A stretch of DNA of 64,000 nt, taken from the NCBI GenBank assembly GCA_009103225.1, contig RHPI01003369.1:1315218-1379217 (forward strand). Reading direction: 5' to 3'. Positions 29,092 to 40,042 of this stretch are shown here, piece by piece (position 1 is the stretch's first letter; every line of letters starts with the position of its first letter). The notes under the pieces were generated by a model that did not search any database, had not been told where the DNA came from, and saw nothing but the letters and a program-made list of their open reading frames with translations. The DNA comes from Chlorokybus atmophyticus. Taxonomy: Eukaryota; Plantae; Mesostigma and Chlorokybus algae. A program made the position numbers and the translations under genes.

Positions 29092-32000
29092 CTAACTGGA
29101 TCCTCGACCCTTGAGGACATACTTTTTGAGCCCTGGTAGATGCACCAGTGCCAAATAATGGTACCAATCAATGCCTGTTAGGTCGAAGTTGAAGCGCTCC
29201 TGCTCTTCCGCTGACAGCTCAGAAAATAACCGCAGTGTGTTTGAACTATCAAACCTGCAGTCCACGAGATCCGTTAGCACACAGTAAGCACAGTGAGCAA
29301 TGACAGCAGTGCAATGTAGGCTGACTTCCAATTCATCAGTGCACAGACAGAGCAGACAAAGGGCACAATGGCTGCAATTTGTTGCCGACTGCATGCTAAG
29401 TTACAAGGTGCTCACCTACAACTGTAGAACGTGTAAGGCTGGTATATCTTGGCAAAGTAACTCAGCTGCTCGAACGTCTTCTGCAAAATGGTCAGACGCC
29501 GGCGAGCAGAGCCCTCGCGAACAGTGAAGGGAAACAATCTTGCTAACTGCATGGCCAGTTTCCATCGATCACATTGGCAATCACCGATGCCCTCGATTAA
29601 CATACACCACACATTTGGCTACTGCTTGCGACAACCGTCATGTACGTGGCACATGTGTGCAGCATTCCTGGTTGCCACCAGGAGTTAAGACATTGGCATG
29701 CCACATTGACAACTTACCTGAAGTGGCAGCTGGTACCTAAGCCATGTGTCTGCGGCAAAGGTCTGCTGGTTTGGGAAGATAATCATCTCTTGCAGCTTGA
29801 TGGGCTGTCCTTGCTTGTCAACAAACGGTTGACTTGCAAAGTGCCTTGATACGCAGCTTGTGAAGTTGGGGTTGGTCAGCGGGTTTGCAACTGACGTTGC
29901 TACATGGTACACCTACCAACAGTTGAAGCACAACCGCTCAGAAGGTCACAACAACAGTGGCAAACGTCCCACACTGACGTGCCGCACGCAATAGGGAATA
30001 TACCTCTAGATCTGTAGTCTTTGCATGCCGCACCATCGCCGCCAACATTGCATTGATGACAACGTCTACTGGAACCTATGGTGATGCGCTCATCAAGTTC
30101 AAACATGGGCAACTGCATATGACATGATTATGCGGAGGACAGTCTCCCTGGCCACGTACCACATCCAGCACGCCATTTTTATCGCCTAGGAAACCGCGCA
30201 TCTGGCCCTTGCCATATGCAATGATGATAGGGTCCGCCATCCTGCACAACAGCCACGTCCGATTTCTACTTGCTGCTAGCCACAATCGCAATCTGCGTGA
30301 TGCTGTGTTCCTTCACAGCAGGATTGGTTGGGTAATAAATTTACCGAATCCCCTCTATCCACCCTTGCGTTGGCTCTGCCATTGCACTCTCCACAATACT
30401 TGGCCTGATGATTGCTACAGGTATGTCACCCCGTTGGCTGGAGACCAGCATCTCACCCATGGCCTTTGTGAAAACATAGGTGTCCTGCCAGCCGTGCGCG
30501 AGCGCCCTGCACCACTACCAGTCAGTCCTGCGGGACAAGAACAGCAACAAGTACGAAACCAAGCACAAGCTGTGTCCGGTGGTATGATTGCTACAAGCTC
30601 GGAACAACTGTTGCTTGGCTGACTTGGTCAGCAATGCTCATCACGTTCAATGTTCTTGCATACCTTTCCATTCCAAGCGACACAAGCTGTTCCTGTACAA
30701 ACGTGTTGGTGTCGTTCTCATTGAGCCCTCTCTGCTCTGCTACTTCACGCGCCTTGGTGGCTGTGTCCACCGCCAGTGCTACCTCAGCCCGCACGTCAAG
30801 TTGGGGGGCTGCGTCGCCCATGTGCTCTCGTGCAATGCTATCACCCAGCTGAAAGGGCTTCTCCATCACCTTCCCTTGTCTTGTGCCATTCACAAACGCT
30901 GCAGCACAACAGATGACAAGTGAACTTCGCGCATGCATACATGGTAGCAATGCAGACAAATCAACATGTAGTGCATTTGCTCTGGTTGGCCCGAATTGTT
31001 AGCGCATAGGTAGATAATGTGTGCAAACCTGTAGAGACGTGCACCACTAACTGCAACTGTCTGCACTGCTTTGCGAACGAGATGATCCTCTCAGCGCCCA
31101 GTGTGTTTATCCTGACAGCAGTGTCATACCTGCAGCGCAAAAATGGAACACATTGTTGAGTGCAGCTCTAAATGCACGCAGGGCACAACAAGCTGAGCTC
31201 ATACCGTTCGTCGAAGGTGGTTGTAGCAGCAGAGTTTACGACCACGTCAACCGTGTTCTTTAGCATTTCTGCCACAGAGGCGTCTAGTCCCAAGTGATCG
31301 GATCCAATGTCACCAGAGATGGCTGTGATCCTGCTCGACATGAAGTCTTCATAGCCTGCACCATACGCTTGTCGCAACCGGTTGAAAACTGGTGCAGGCA
31401 ACACCTGCTCGTCCACCCTCTGCTGGGCAGATAAGCTTCTCCCGCGAGGCTTGATCAGCATGTAGATCTGCACACACTCCAATCAGGACATATTTTCCTG
31501 CCACCATGGATTTACATACTTATACTTCAGTGCGCAACTGTGGATGACTCATGAAACGGTGTAGGTTGTAGATGTCAGATGCTGCCTGTTACGTTGAGTT
31601 CTATGCACACAAGCTTCCATCAAAGCTGGTGCATGCATGCATGCCTGTGATTGCTTTTGTTAAGCAGAGTCTGCCGTGAACGGTGAACGCTAACAGTATA
31701 AAATGTGTTTTTGTATTGACAAGCGCATTGCCCATAGGGCTCACTTCCACCATATACATTCTTGGAATGCGCAATGAGCTGTACCTGGCCGACATCAGGC
31801 TGCTCCCACAGTATCTTCTCTATCAACACCTTGCCCAGAAATCCCGTGCCGCCGGCAATGAGGACGTTCTTGCCGCGCAGAAACTCCACAATGCTGTCAG
31901 TACTACCAGTGGCGGGCTGAGCAGTGGTGGTGGCAGCATCGAAAGTGACCCCAGATCTACTGCTGGCACCATTGAATGCAGCAAAACCATTGCTCTGCTG

Positions 32001-32222
32001 CGGCGCGACAGAAGTGGACGCAGCTGCCTCAAGCTGGCTGCCACGGCTCTCCTCTTGCAGCTGGCCGGCGCCCTGACACCGAACAGGCTGGCAGCAAGAG
32101 CCAGGGTTCCCTGGTCTCTGAGCAGCAGACCTCTGCTGCTGCGTGCGCTTCAGCGCCGGGCTGCGCGTAACCAGCGGGGCGGCAGCTGCGGCCGCCGCGG
32201 CTGCCTGGTGCATGGCAGCCAT
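29092..32222 (-). CDS. FAR: Fatty acyl-CoA/ACP reductase with N-terminal plastid transit-peptide-like extension (MS2/FAR2-FAR6 type), 8 exons
   Basis: FLRGKNVLIAGGTGFLGKVLIEKIL, NSAATTTFDER|YD, HVST|AFVNG, GWQDTYVFTKAMGEM (YxxxK), IIRPSIVES, ADPIIIAYGKGQ, YHVATSVANPL and a sterile domain ending HLPGLKKYVLKGRGSS*. First in-frame ATG is at 32222; the ORF-track start at 32246 is GTG. Confidence 0.93.
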
Positions 32223-32630
32223 GCGGCGACCCAACCCGCCAGCCACCCCGCCCTGGCAGCTGCAACTTCACGCGTCTCAACCAGTCGCAGGCAAGCAGAT
32301 CCTCCCCGCAGCTGCCTGTGCCACGGCCACTGCCACCGCCGCCGCTACCACCTTGACATGCTGCCAGCTGGCACCAAAATGGACTCCCTGCCAATGCACC
32401 TCTCAGAGCCGCCAACTCGCCGGCCGTCCCGGCTAGGACAGCACGCCTGTCGACCGATGCTTGTTCAAGCCAGTCCGGCAGCTGTCGGTCATGCGCGCGC
32501 CTGGCACGCTGGCCCTGCAACAACAACGCCAGCTTTGCGGCACGACACATCCTATGGCTAGCGTTTGAATATGTCAAACCGCGCTTTCGCGCGCTTTTTG
32601 CAACCATAACGACACTGGCACGGCCAGAGA

Positions 32631-32708
32631 CGTCACGCTACTGGTGCAGGCAGTGCTAGCACCAGTAGCGTAACCAGTACAGGCAAAATCGGCATCAATA
32701 GCGTGACG
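32631..32708. promoter_or_regulatory. Nested inverted repeats in the FAR / epimerase divergent promoter
   Basis: 13-bp perfect inverted repeat acgctactggtgc (32635-32647) / gcaccagtagcgt (32659-32671), and 10-bp inverted repeat cgtcacgcta (32631-32640) / tagcgtgacg (32699-32708). A telo-box follows at 32772-32780. Confidence 0.45.
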
Positions 32709-32843
32709 CAAACTGGCTAAGAATCTGCATTCTGCACTGGTGTCACCTAAATGGAAGGCATTTACGTAGAATTAGGGTTTCTATCCACACGGAGATCCTG
32801 CTTGTTGCTGCGGACATTGTCGGTGCTGTTGCACATAGCAGCA

Positions 32844-35126
32844 ATGGCGGCGGTGGTGGCAGTCGGGGGAGTAGTCTCATTGGTCGGTGTGCAGAGGGCT
32901 GCAGCTGCTGCGCCTGCGCAGACGTCAGTGCGGCGTCATAGCCCCCGTGCCGTGCTGCATGGCATCCAGCTCGTGCATGGCCGTCGCACCGGTGGCGCTG
33001 CTGCGTGGCCAGTGGCCAGCAGCAGCAGAACATGCCGGATGGCTCGCAGGAGTCTTGTCGTTCACGCTTCCACTGCGACGTAAGCTATTACACTATTTAC
33101 GCAGCTTAAAGAACTCGTTGGATCACAGCATATGCCTGTTGTGCATTAACTGCATGGTACTGCCGACTTCGGCTTGCACAAGGTGCTTGCTGATGGTGCT
33201 GCAGCTTGCACTGTACACAGCAGAGGTGCATCAATATTCGTATCCTTCACAATTTTCAAGCTGCTCAACGTATCACATCAAGGCTGTCAATGAACGCTGC
33301 TACATGATGCGTTATCGGAACGCTGCTATGAACTGACTGTCAAACCTTGATTAGAGACACAGACGCACAGGCCTTGAACGAGAAGTTTGGCGTCAAGGAT
33401 AGCGTCATCATCGACGAGGGCCAAGGTGGACTTACGAGGGTGACTCTGAAGCACGCCTCTGGAAGGTTCGGAGTGATTGATTCTAGCTACAGTGCGGCTT
33501 GCTGTTCTACCAACATAGCGAGCATGATGGTCACGTGCATTGCGTGATTCCTGCTTGCGCTTTGGCAGCTCAGCTGAGCTCTACCTCTACGGAGCATGTG
33601 TCACGTCCTGGGTCTTGCCCAAGTAAGTTCACACTGCCAATGCTGTGACAACTGGCAAGCACAGTGCAATGCATGGTCAAGTGGAAAACCTCCCGAATGT
33701 CACAAGACTGAATTGACAGGGTGGGAGACGTGCTGTATGTGCGCCCTGACGCCGTGTTTACTGGCAAGAAGCCCATCAGGTTGGCAATTGAGTTGGCGAA
33801 TGCATTGCTGGGGTGTCGATCTAGTCAACATTGGAACCTGGCGTGCATGGCATGCTCAATGTTGTTATCTGGCAGCACCCTGTGCTGACGCTGCTTGTTG
33901 GCAGTGGCGGTATCCCTCATTGCTTTCCGCAGTTCGGGCCTGGAGCCATGCAACAGGTTGGTTGTCAATTGAACAGCTTGCAGTTCATTCAAAAGCAAAA
34001 AGTGGCGGGGCGTGATGAAGTACGCAGTCTGGGCGGGGATGATTGTTGGTGTGTGTGCAGCACGGCTTTGCGCGCAACTTGAACTGGGAGATCGCGTCAA
34101 CATCAGCAGATGTCAACCCCGACGAACCGGAGCCAAGCATTGAGTTGACGCTGACAGACAATGAATACACGCGCGCAATGTTTGACTACTCTTTCAGAGC
34201 CGTGTACTCGGTAAGCTTGCCCGAATCCATTGCCATGTTGCAACTGCGGTGTTTGCGATTGCAGTTGCATCTGCACAGAACTATCATGGCACTGGTTGAT
34301 TGAACCCTGATAAGTGAACTCATGGTGGCTTCCATTGTGTGCGGGTTCCGAGTGATTATGTGCTGAGCACACTGTTGTGCATGTGCAGGTGACGTTGCAA
34401 CCAACAAGGTTGCGGTGTGATTTCCGCATTGTCAATACGGACACCAAGCCCTTTGATTTCACGGCAGCGCTCCATACTTACTTTGCGGTACTGTTTGAGT
34501 TGTGTTTGAATCGCAGTATGAGATATGATGGCACTCACTAGCGTGAACTATGCCAGGCAAACATTGCAGATGTGGCCATCACGGGATTGAAAGGCTGCAA
34601 AACGTTGAACAAAGTGCCTGACCCGACAAACCCGAAGGAAGACGTGGAAGTCAGGTAAGGTTGGGTTGCTGTTTGTTATGCCACAAGTCCATTGTTGTGC
34701 ATTTGAGCATTGCACAAACCACACGACAGGGATGTGGTTACAATCACGGACATGACGGACTGCATCTACGTCGGTTCTCCAGCTGAGGTCACTCTGGAGA
34801 CTGGCAAGGGCCCGGCCATTGGCATCCAGAGCAAGGGGTATGCATTGTTGATGGAATGTTTTCACCTCTATCTGACTGAGAGCTTATCAGCGGCGCTATG
34901 TACAGATGGGAAGACACTGTGGTGTGGAACCCCAACACAACCATGGATTGCTACAAGGAGTTCGTCTGTGTGGAGGCTGGCAAGGTAAAGCAATGATGTG
35001 GACTGCTAGTTGCACGATGCATGGGCTTGCTCACTGACATGTCTGTAAAAATTGCAGGTAGTGAGCCCACAGACAGTGCTGCCGGGGACGTCATGGTCAG
35101 GGGAGATGGTGCTGACACCTTACTGA
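32844..35126 (+). CDS. Plastid-targeted glucose-6-phosphate 1-epimerase / aldose 1-epimerase family protein, 11 exons
   Basis: Ala/Ser/Arg-rich transit peptide, then AELYLYGACVTSW, VLYVRPDAVFTGKKPI|SGGIPHCFPQFG, Q|HGFARNLNW, FDFTAALHTYFA, G|WEDTVVWNP, FVCVEAGK. TGA at 35124-35126. Confidence 0.92.
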
Positions 35127-35447
35127 AGCAGCACTGTGCGAGCCTTGACCGAACAAGTTTTGTATTGGCCACAAGCGCATTTGTGACACTTTTGCAGTCT
35201 TTTGTAGAGTATGCGTTGAAAGACGTCCAAGTCGTACTGCCACGATACTATCACATTCAAGTATACTGATAGCACTACAGCATGATGACCTATGACCATT
35301 TCAACGGACTACTGTCATGCAGAACAAGTGTACACGGGTTCAGCATAGCATCGCTTACAACCTTCCAAGTATGGCGGTTTTTTTTTGGTTTAGCTTGATT
35401 GCATGGATGTTGTGCTGATAGCGTACCATCTTGTCATAGCACATGCT

Positions 35448-35448
<1 letters not shown>

Positions 35449-35518
<70 letters not shown>

Positions 35519-35586
35519 NNNNNNNNNNNNNNNNNNNNNNNNNNNNNNNNNNNNNNNNNNNNNNNNNNNNNNNNNNNNNNNNNNNN

Positions 35587-35666
<80 letters not shown>
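35449..35666. repeat. (CT)n microsatellite containing an assembly gap (N 35519-35586)
   Basis: Pure CT dinucleotide run on both sides of the N block. Confidence 0.97.
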
Positions 35667-35670
<4 letters not shown>

Positions 35671-36123
35671 TACCGACCATAGCACGCTCTTTATGACCTG
35701 CTAGCATCTGCTAAATCGTTTATGTCTACATAGCCTTTGCCTTATGTGAAGCTATAAAAGCTTCACAACCTCTACAGCCTCCGCAACGCAATGCCTCAAG
35801 CTTCAATGTTGCATGTTTGGATCATCGACGGCTGCCCACGTGGTCAGCCACTGTTAATTTAAGTATCTGTTTCTGTTTGTCACGCACTGATTACACCTGA
35901 CGGACCCAATGAACGCATTCCTCCAACCAAGCTTAAGGCTCCCTAGCACTCACGTGTGATGCAAGTTGTGTGATGTTAGTGTCACACAACACTTGACATC
36001 TCTGAGACGCGCTGTGTGGTGCGTTTCGGCGGCGGCGGCGGTGGCGGCGGCGGCGGCAGTCGTGGCGTGATCGTACGCGTAGTCGTCGACGTCTTGCTCG
36101 TCGTTTCTGTCTGCGTGGCACAG

Positions 36124-39060
36124 CGCCGCTCGACCCGCTGGATCGCCGGGCGAGCCCCATGCCGGTCCTGCTGGGCAGCCAGCCAAGCGCAAGCAGGCCG
36201 CTCTCACCGAGGCAGACATGCCTGCCCTCATGCGCAGGTAGGACTGCGCTGCGCCTTTCTGGATCGTATTTTGGATGTTGTGAGCGGCATGGTTTGTGTA
36301 AATGGTTGCTCTGCACAAGGCGTTGGGATTTGGTGTCTTCGTTGCTATTCGCCAGCATGATTGTGAGACTTAGGGTTTCTGTTGATCACACTGCTTATGA
36401 ACAGGAACAGATACTGCAGTTTCTCTGTCCTGCATTGTGTTCCAAACTCCGGGGTGCGAGTGACACTGGCTTTGTATAGAGATCCAGTAGTGCGATGCAA
36501 TGCCACCAGAAAGACTGCAAAGCAAAGGCTGCGCATTATTTGTGCAATCGTTTTTGAGAGCTTGTCAATGCGCAGCTTGTCATTCTGCTGCCAAACAGCT
36601 CTTATCAAGCTGGTACAGAGCCAGCTCTGTCCGTCCGTTGCACTATTTGCAAGCTGTCACTGAGTGTAGTCAGGTTGACAATCACAACTTCCGTTGATGG
36701 CCATTGTTGCGTCTTCATCTGCTTCCGGTGGCGGTGTGCTGGTATGAGCGGCAATGTCTGGCACGCAGGTTCAACTCGAATGCGGTGCTGGCACTGCTGA
36801 GAGAGGTTGCGCGCTCCTGTTCGCTGAGGATCAATTGGCATGCTATCCATAAGGTAGGTGCATGGCGTTATGTGTGCAGGTTGCAAGACAGGACATGCAG
36901 TTGACACATATGTGCACCTGCATGCACACACGCACACATGCACTAGTGTGCAGAGACACACGCACGTGTAGCGCACGCACCCAAGCATGCACGCGCTCAC
37001 TTTTGCCCGTGCGCGCACCTTGTACATGCACGCATGTATGCGCACGATCATGTGCACAGACACGTGCACACGCACATACATTCTTGCATGCACCTGTTGG
37101 CGCCCTTCCTCAGGCATGCATGCGCACACACGCGTCAACACCCTAGAACACTCCAATGAACCCTTTCTGCAGGCAGTGCCCGACCTGGCGTCTCCTCGTG
37201 AATGCCAGGCGCTTTGGCGGTTCCTCGCCTACCGAGGCAAGTTGGATGAGAAGTTGGAGAAAGATACTCCTGTGGTGGTAAGGATATGTATGGGTTGGTT
37301 TTTGCAGCTCTTTGCTTGTACCACATACTACATGACATTGAGAGTTTTCGAGGCTTGTGTAAACATGTTTGTGATGCTGTTCTGGGGGCTGGTGGCTGTG
37401 GGGAGAGAGGGAGGTACATAGCTCGAGAGTCATTGAGGTCTTGGCTCTCACTTCTATCCGTGATTTGTATCTGTCCGCTCAAGAGTTTTGCTACTTTTCT
37501 GTGCGCAGTCTGAGGACAGTGACTTGGAAGATGAGCTGGAGGCATGGACGGGCACCACAGACGCAATGCACGCTGCGGATGTTGCCGCATATGTGCAGGT
37601 TAGCATGTTAAACGCTCATCTTGTCTTAAGATGATAGAGCAAAACGTGTCCCACTTCAGTACAGATGCTCTGCTAGTGCTGGTCTCCCTGACCACCACCG
37701 TGCAGAATCAGGGGGTGCTCTCGTACTCATGTACACTGCATGCAGGCTGATATCGAGCGCATTGGCGCGTTGAAGAACTTTCCCAGCCTGGTCAAGAGGA
37801 AGTACGATGCACTGAGTCTAGCTGGGCAGGCTGCGAGGCCCGCGGGAGGAGACGTGCGTGGAGTCCTTACCTCCGCAGCCCTCCAGCGAGAGATGCCGGA
37901 ACCCTGGCGCAACCCCACACCATATGGACTGGTACACAGCCTGGATTGCTGGGTCATGTGTCGGTCTCGTGCTTGCAGCTCGTGGCAATGTGTGCGTGTG
38001 CGTGCAGAGTGGTGCTGCTGCGTATGTGCATGCGGCGGCAACAAAGAAGCGGAGGACGTGGACGACAGAGGATGACGCGCTGCTAACGGAGGCAGTAAAG
38101 AAATGCGGGGAGGGCAACTGGGCGGCGATCATGAAGGAGAAGTTTGCTGAGGACCGAAGCGTCTGGCAGTTGTCACAGCGTTGGGCTTCCATCCGTCGCC
38201 GCAATCAGGCCGCAGCGACGGCACCAAAGACCGGCCCCGCTGCTGTCGGTGCAGCTGCGAGCACTGCAGCGAAGACAACGGTCGCGCAAAGTACACCCAC
38301 ACCTGCCGCTGCTGCTCCTGCGCAGAGCGTCTCCACGCAGAGCATGGAGCGTCCCACGTCCGCGACGTCCGTGTCCACTCCACCCGCAGCCAACAACAAC
38401 AACAGGGGCGTTGCCGCCACAAATGGTGCTGCGGTGGTGTCGAGCAGTGGCCCCGCGCAGATGGTCGCGCGCATGCCGATGGCGGCCCCAAGGCCCGCGC
38501 AGACGACGGCTCTGTCGTTGTCGGCCATTGCTCAAGCCGTGGGCGCGACTGTCACACAGGGCACGCTCCCGCTCCCTTCCAACCGTGTGAACAATAACAA
38601 TGCCGCTTCCTCGCCAGCCGCACGCCATATGGCTGGCAGTGCATCCTATGCGGTCCGTCCTGCTTCGGCATCGGCTGGAAGACCCGCACCTGGAGTGAAC
38701 AACAATGGTGCTTTGCAACGACCCGCAGGAGCTGCGGCTGCAACAGATGGCAATTCAGCACGCCCGAACTCTGCTGTATCCGGCAACACACGATTACCGC
38801 AAGCAACTGTCCAGACAGCGGCTGCGCAGCAATCTCCACAAGCCAAGGGTCCTCAAATTAGACAGCAGCCTCAAACACAACCTGCTCAAGCACAAGGCCC
38901 TCAGACAAGGCAGCAGGTGCCGGGTCGGTTGACAACACCAGCGCAGCCACAAGCACAGGCCCAGCCGCAAGCACAACCGCCAGCCCCAGCGCCGGCACAG
39001 GCTTCTACGCAGTCGTGGCAGCAGACGACAGCAGCGCCCGCAAGCGGCGTAGCTTCATGA
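36124..39060 (+). CDS. DRMY1-like: DRMY1-like single-Myb/SANT protein with long low-complexity C-terminus, 6 exons; start codon uncertain
   Basis: AKRKQAALTEADMPALMR|RFNSNAVLALLREVA...INWHAIHK|AVPDLASPRECQALWRFLAYR, |SEDSDLEDELEA, and Myb KKRRTWTTEDDALLTEAVKKCGEGNWAAIMKEKFAEDRSVWQLSQRWASIRRR. This matches my recollection of the Arabidopsis DRMY1 family. First in-frame ATG is at 36218; the 36124 start is nominal. Confidence 0.8.
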
Positions 39061-40042
39061 CATGCGCTGAACACTGCACGCCTGTGCATGCAATGCAGAT
39101 GTGCCCCCAGCAACAGGGCTTTGGGTGATGTTGCTGCTGCGTGCTTGTACTACTTCAATATCAATGTGAGTGCTGAGCCGGTAATTCTGTCGCTCTTGCC
39201 TGGTATGTTGTGACTTGCATAGCTGGTATCCATTTACTGCGCTTATATAAGCCTGGCCTCCAGCAACGTCTCAGCAATTTACATAAATGCCTCACATGGC
39301 GGTCATGACACAATCCGGCAGGCTATGGCATCTGCAGCTTGCAAGAGACTATGTTATGCTGTGTTTGTGTTGTGTACAGACTGGGAGTACATCTGCAGGG
39401 CGTGCACCAGTATGTAGTGTAGTCATGCCACTGTTGACACTGACATGGTGACGGCTTGTACACCCTGAAGCTCGCAGATATTCCAAGCAACGACCACAGC
39501 ACCTGTTGCAATGCTAGGAGGTGCATCGCATCAAGATGTCTCAAGACAGGGTGGGAATTACTGACTTTATGTCTTGCAACACCAGCCAAGTCGTTGAAAT
39601 GGTTTGGCAACCCCTTCGTGAATGACCTTTCTGCCTGTCTGTAGGGAGCAACCCGCAACTCTGGTTGGACTCCTGCTTGTTGGATCAAGAGCTTGCTGCT
39701 TTATTGCTCAGTGCTATAGCAGCTGGCAAGCCAGCACGAGCTTCTTATAGTTGATTGCAACAATGGCATTGATGGCGCAGACATACAGGAAAGCCGTCCA
39801 TGCTCTGCACTGCGCATCGTGCTCAAAGGCAGTGCAATTGATGAAGAGAAGCAAACTTGTACAAGCACCAAGAAGCTGGCAGAGTAAGAAAGCACTTGCA
39901 GCACTAACAGAACACGCCAGAGCCAACGTGCATGAATGCCATTACTTACCCACAGGCTGGCAAATGCAATGCTGCAAATGTTACTACTTACAATAGTTTA
40001 TGGGTTACGGCAGGTATCACCCCCTGAGAACGTGTGCGAGGC

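Noticed and set aside
3922-32222. PAS2 + FAR as a wax/lipid biosynthetic cluster; RRC1 + U2AF65 + PAN3 as an RNA-processing cluster
   Set aside because: The genes are separated by unrelated housekeeping genes, with no shared elements seen; chance adjacency in a dense genome is sufficient.
31683-32561. 292-aa plus-strand ORF
   Set aside because: Antisense shadow of the GC-rich FAR exon 1 and leader.
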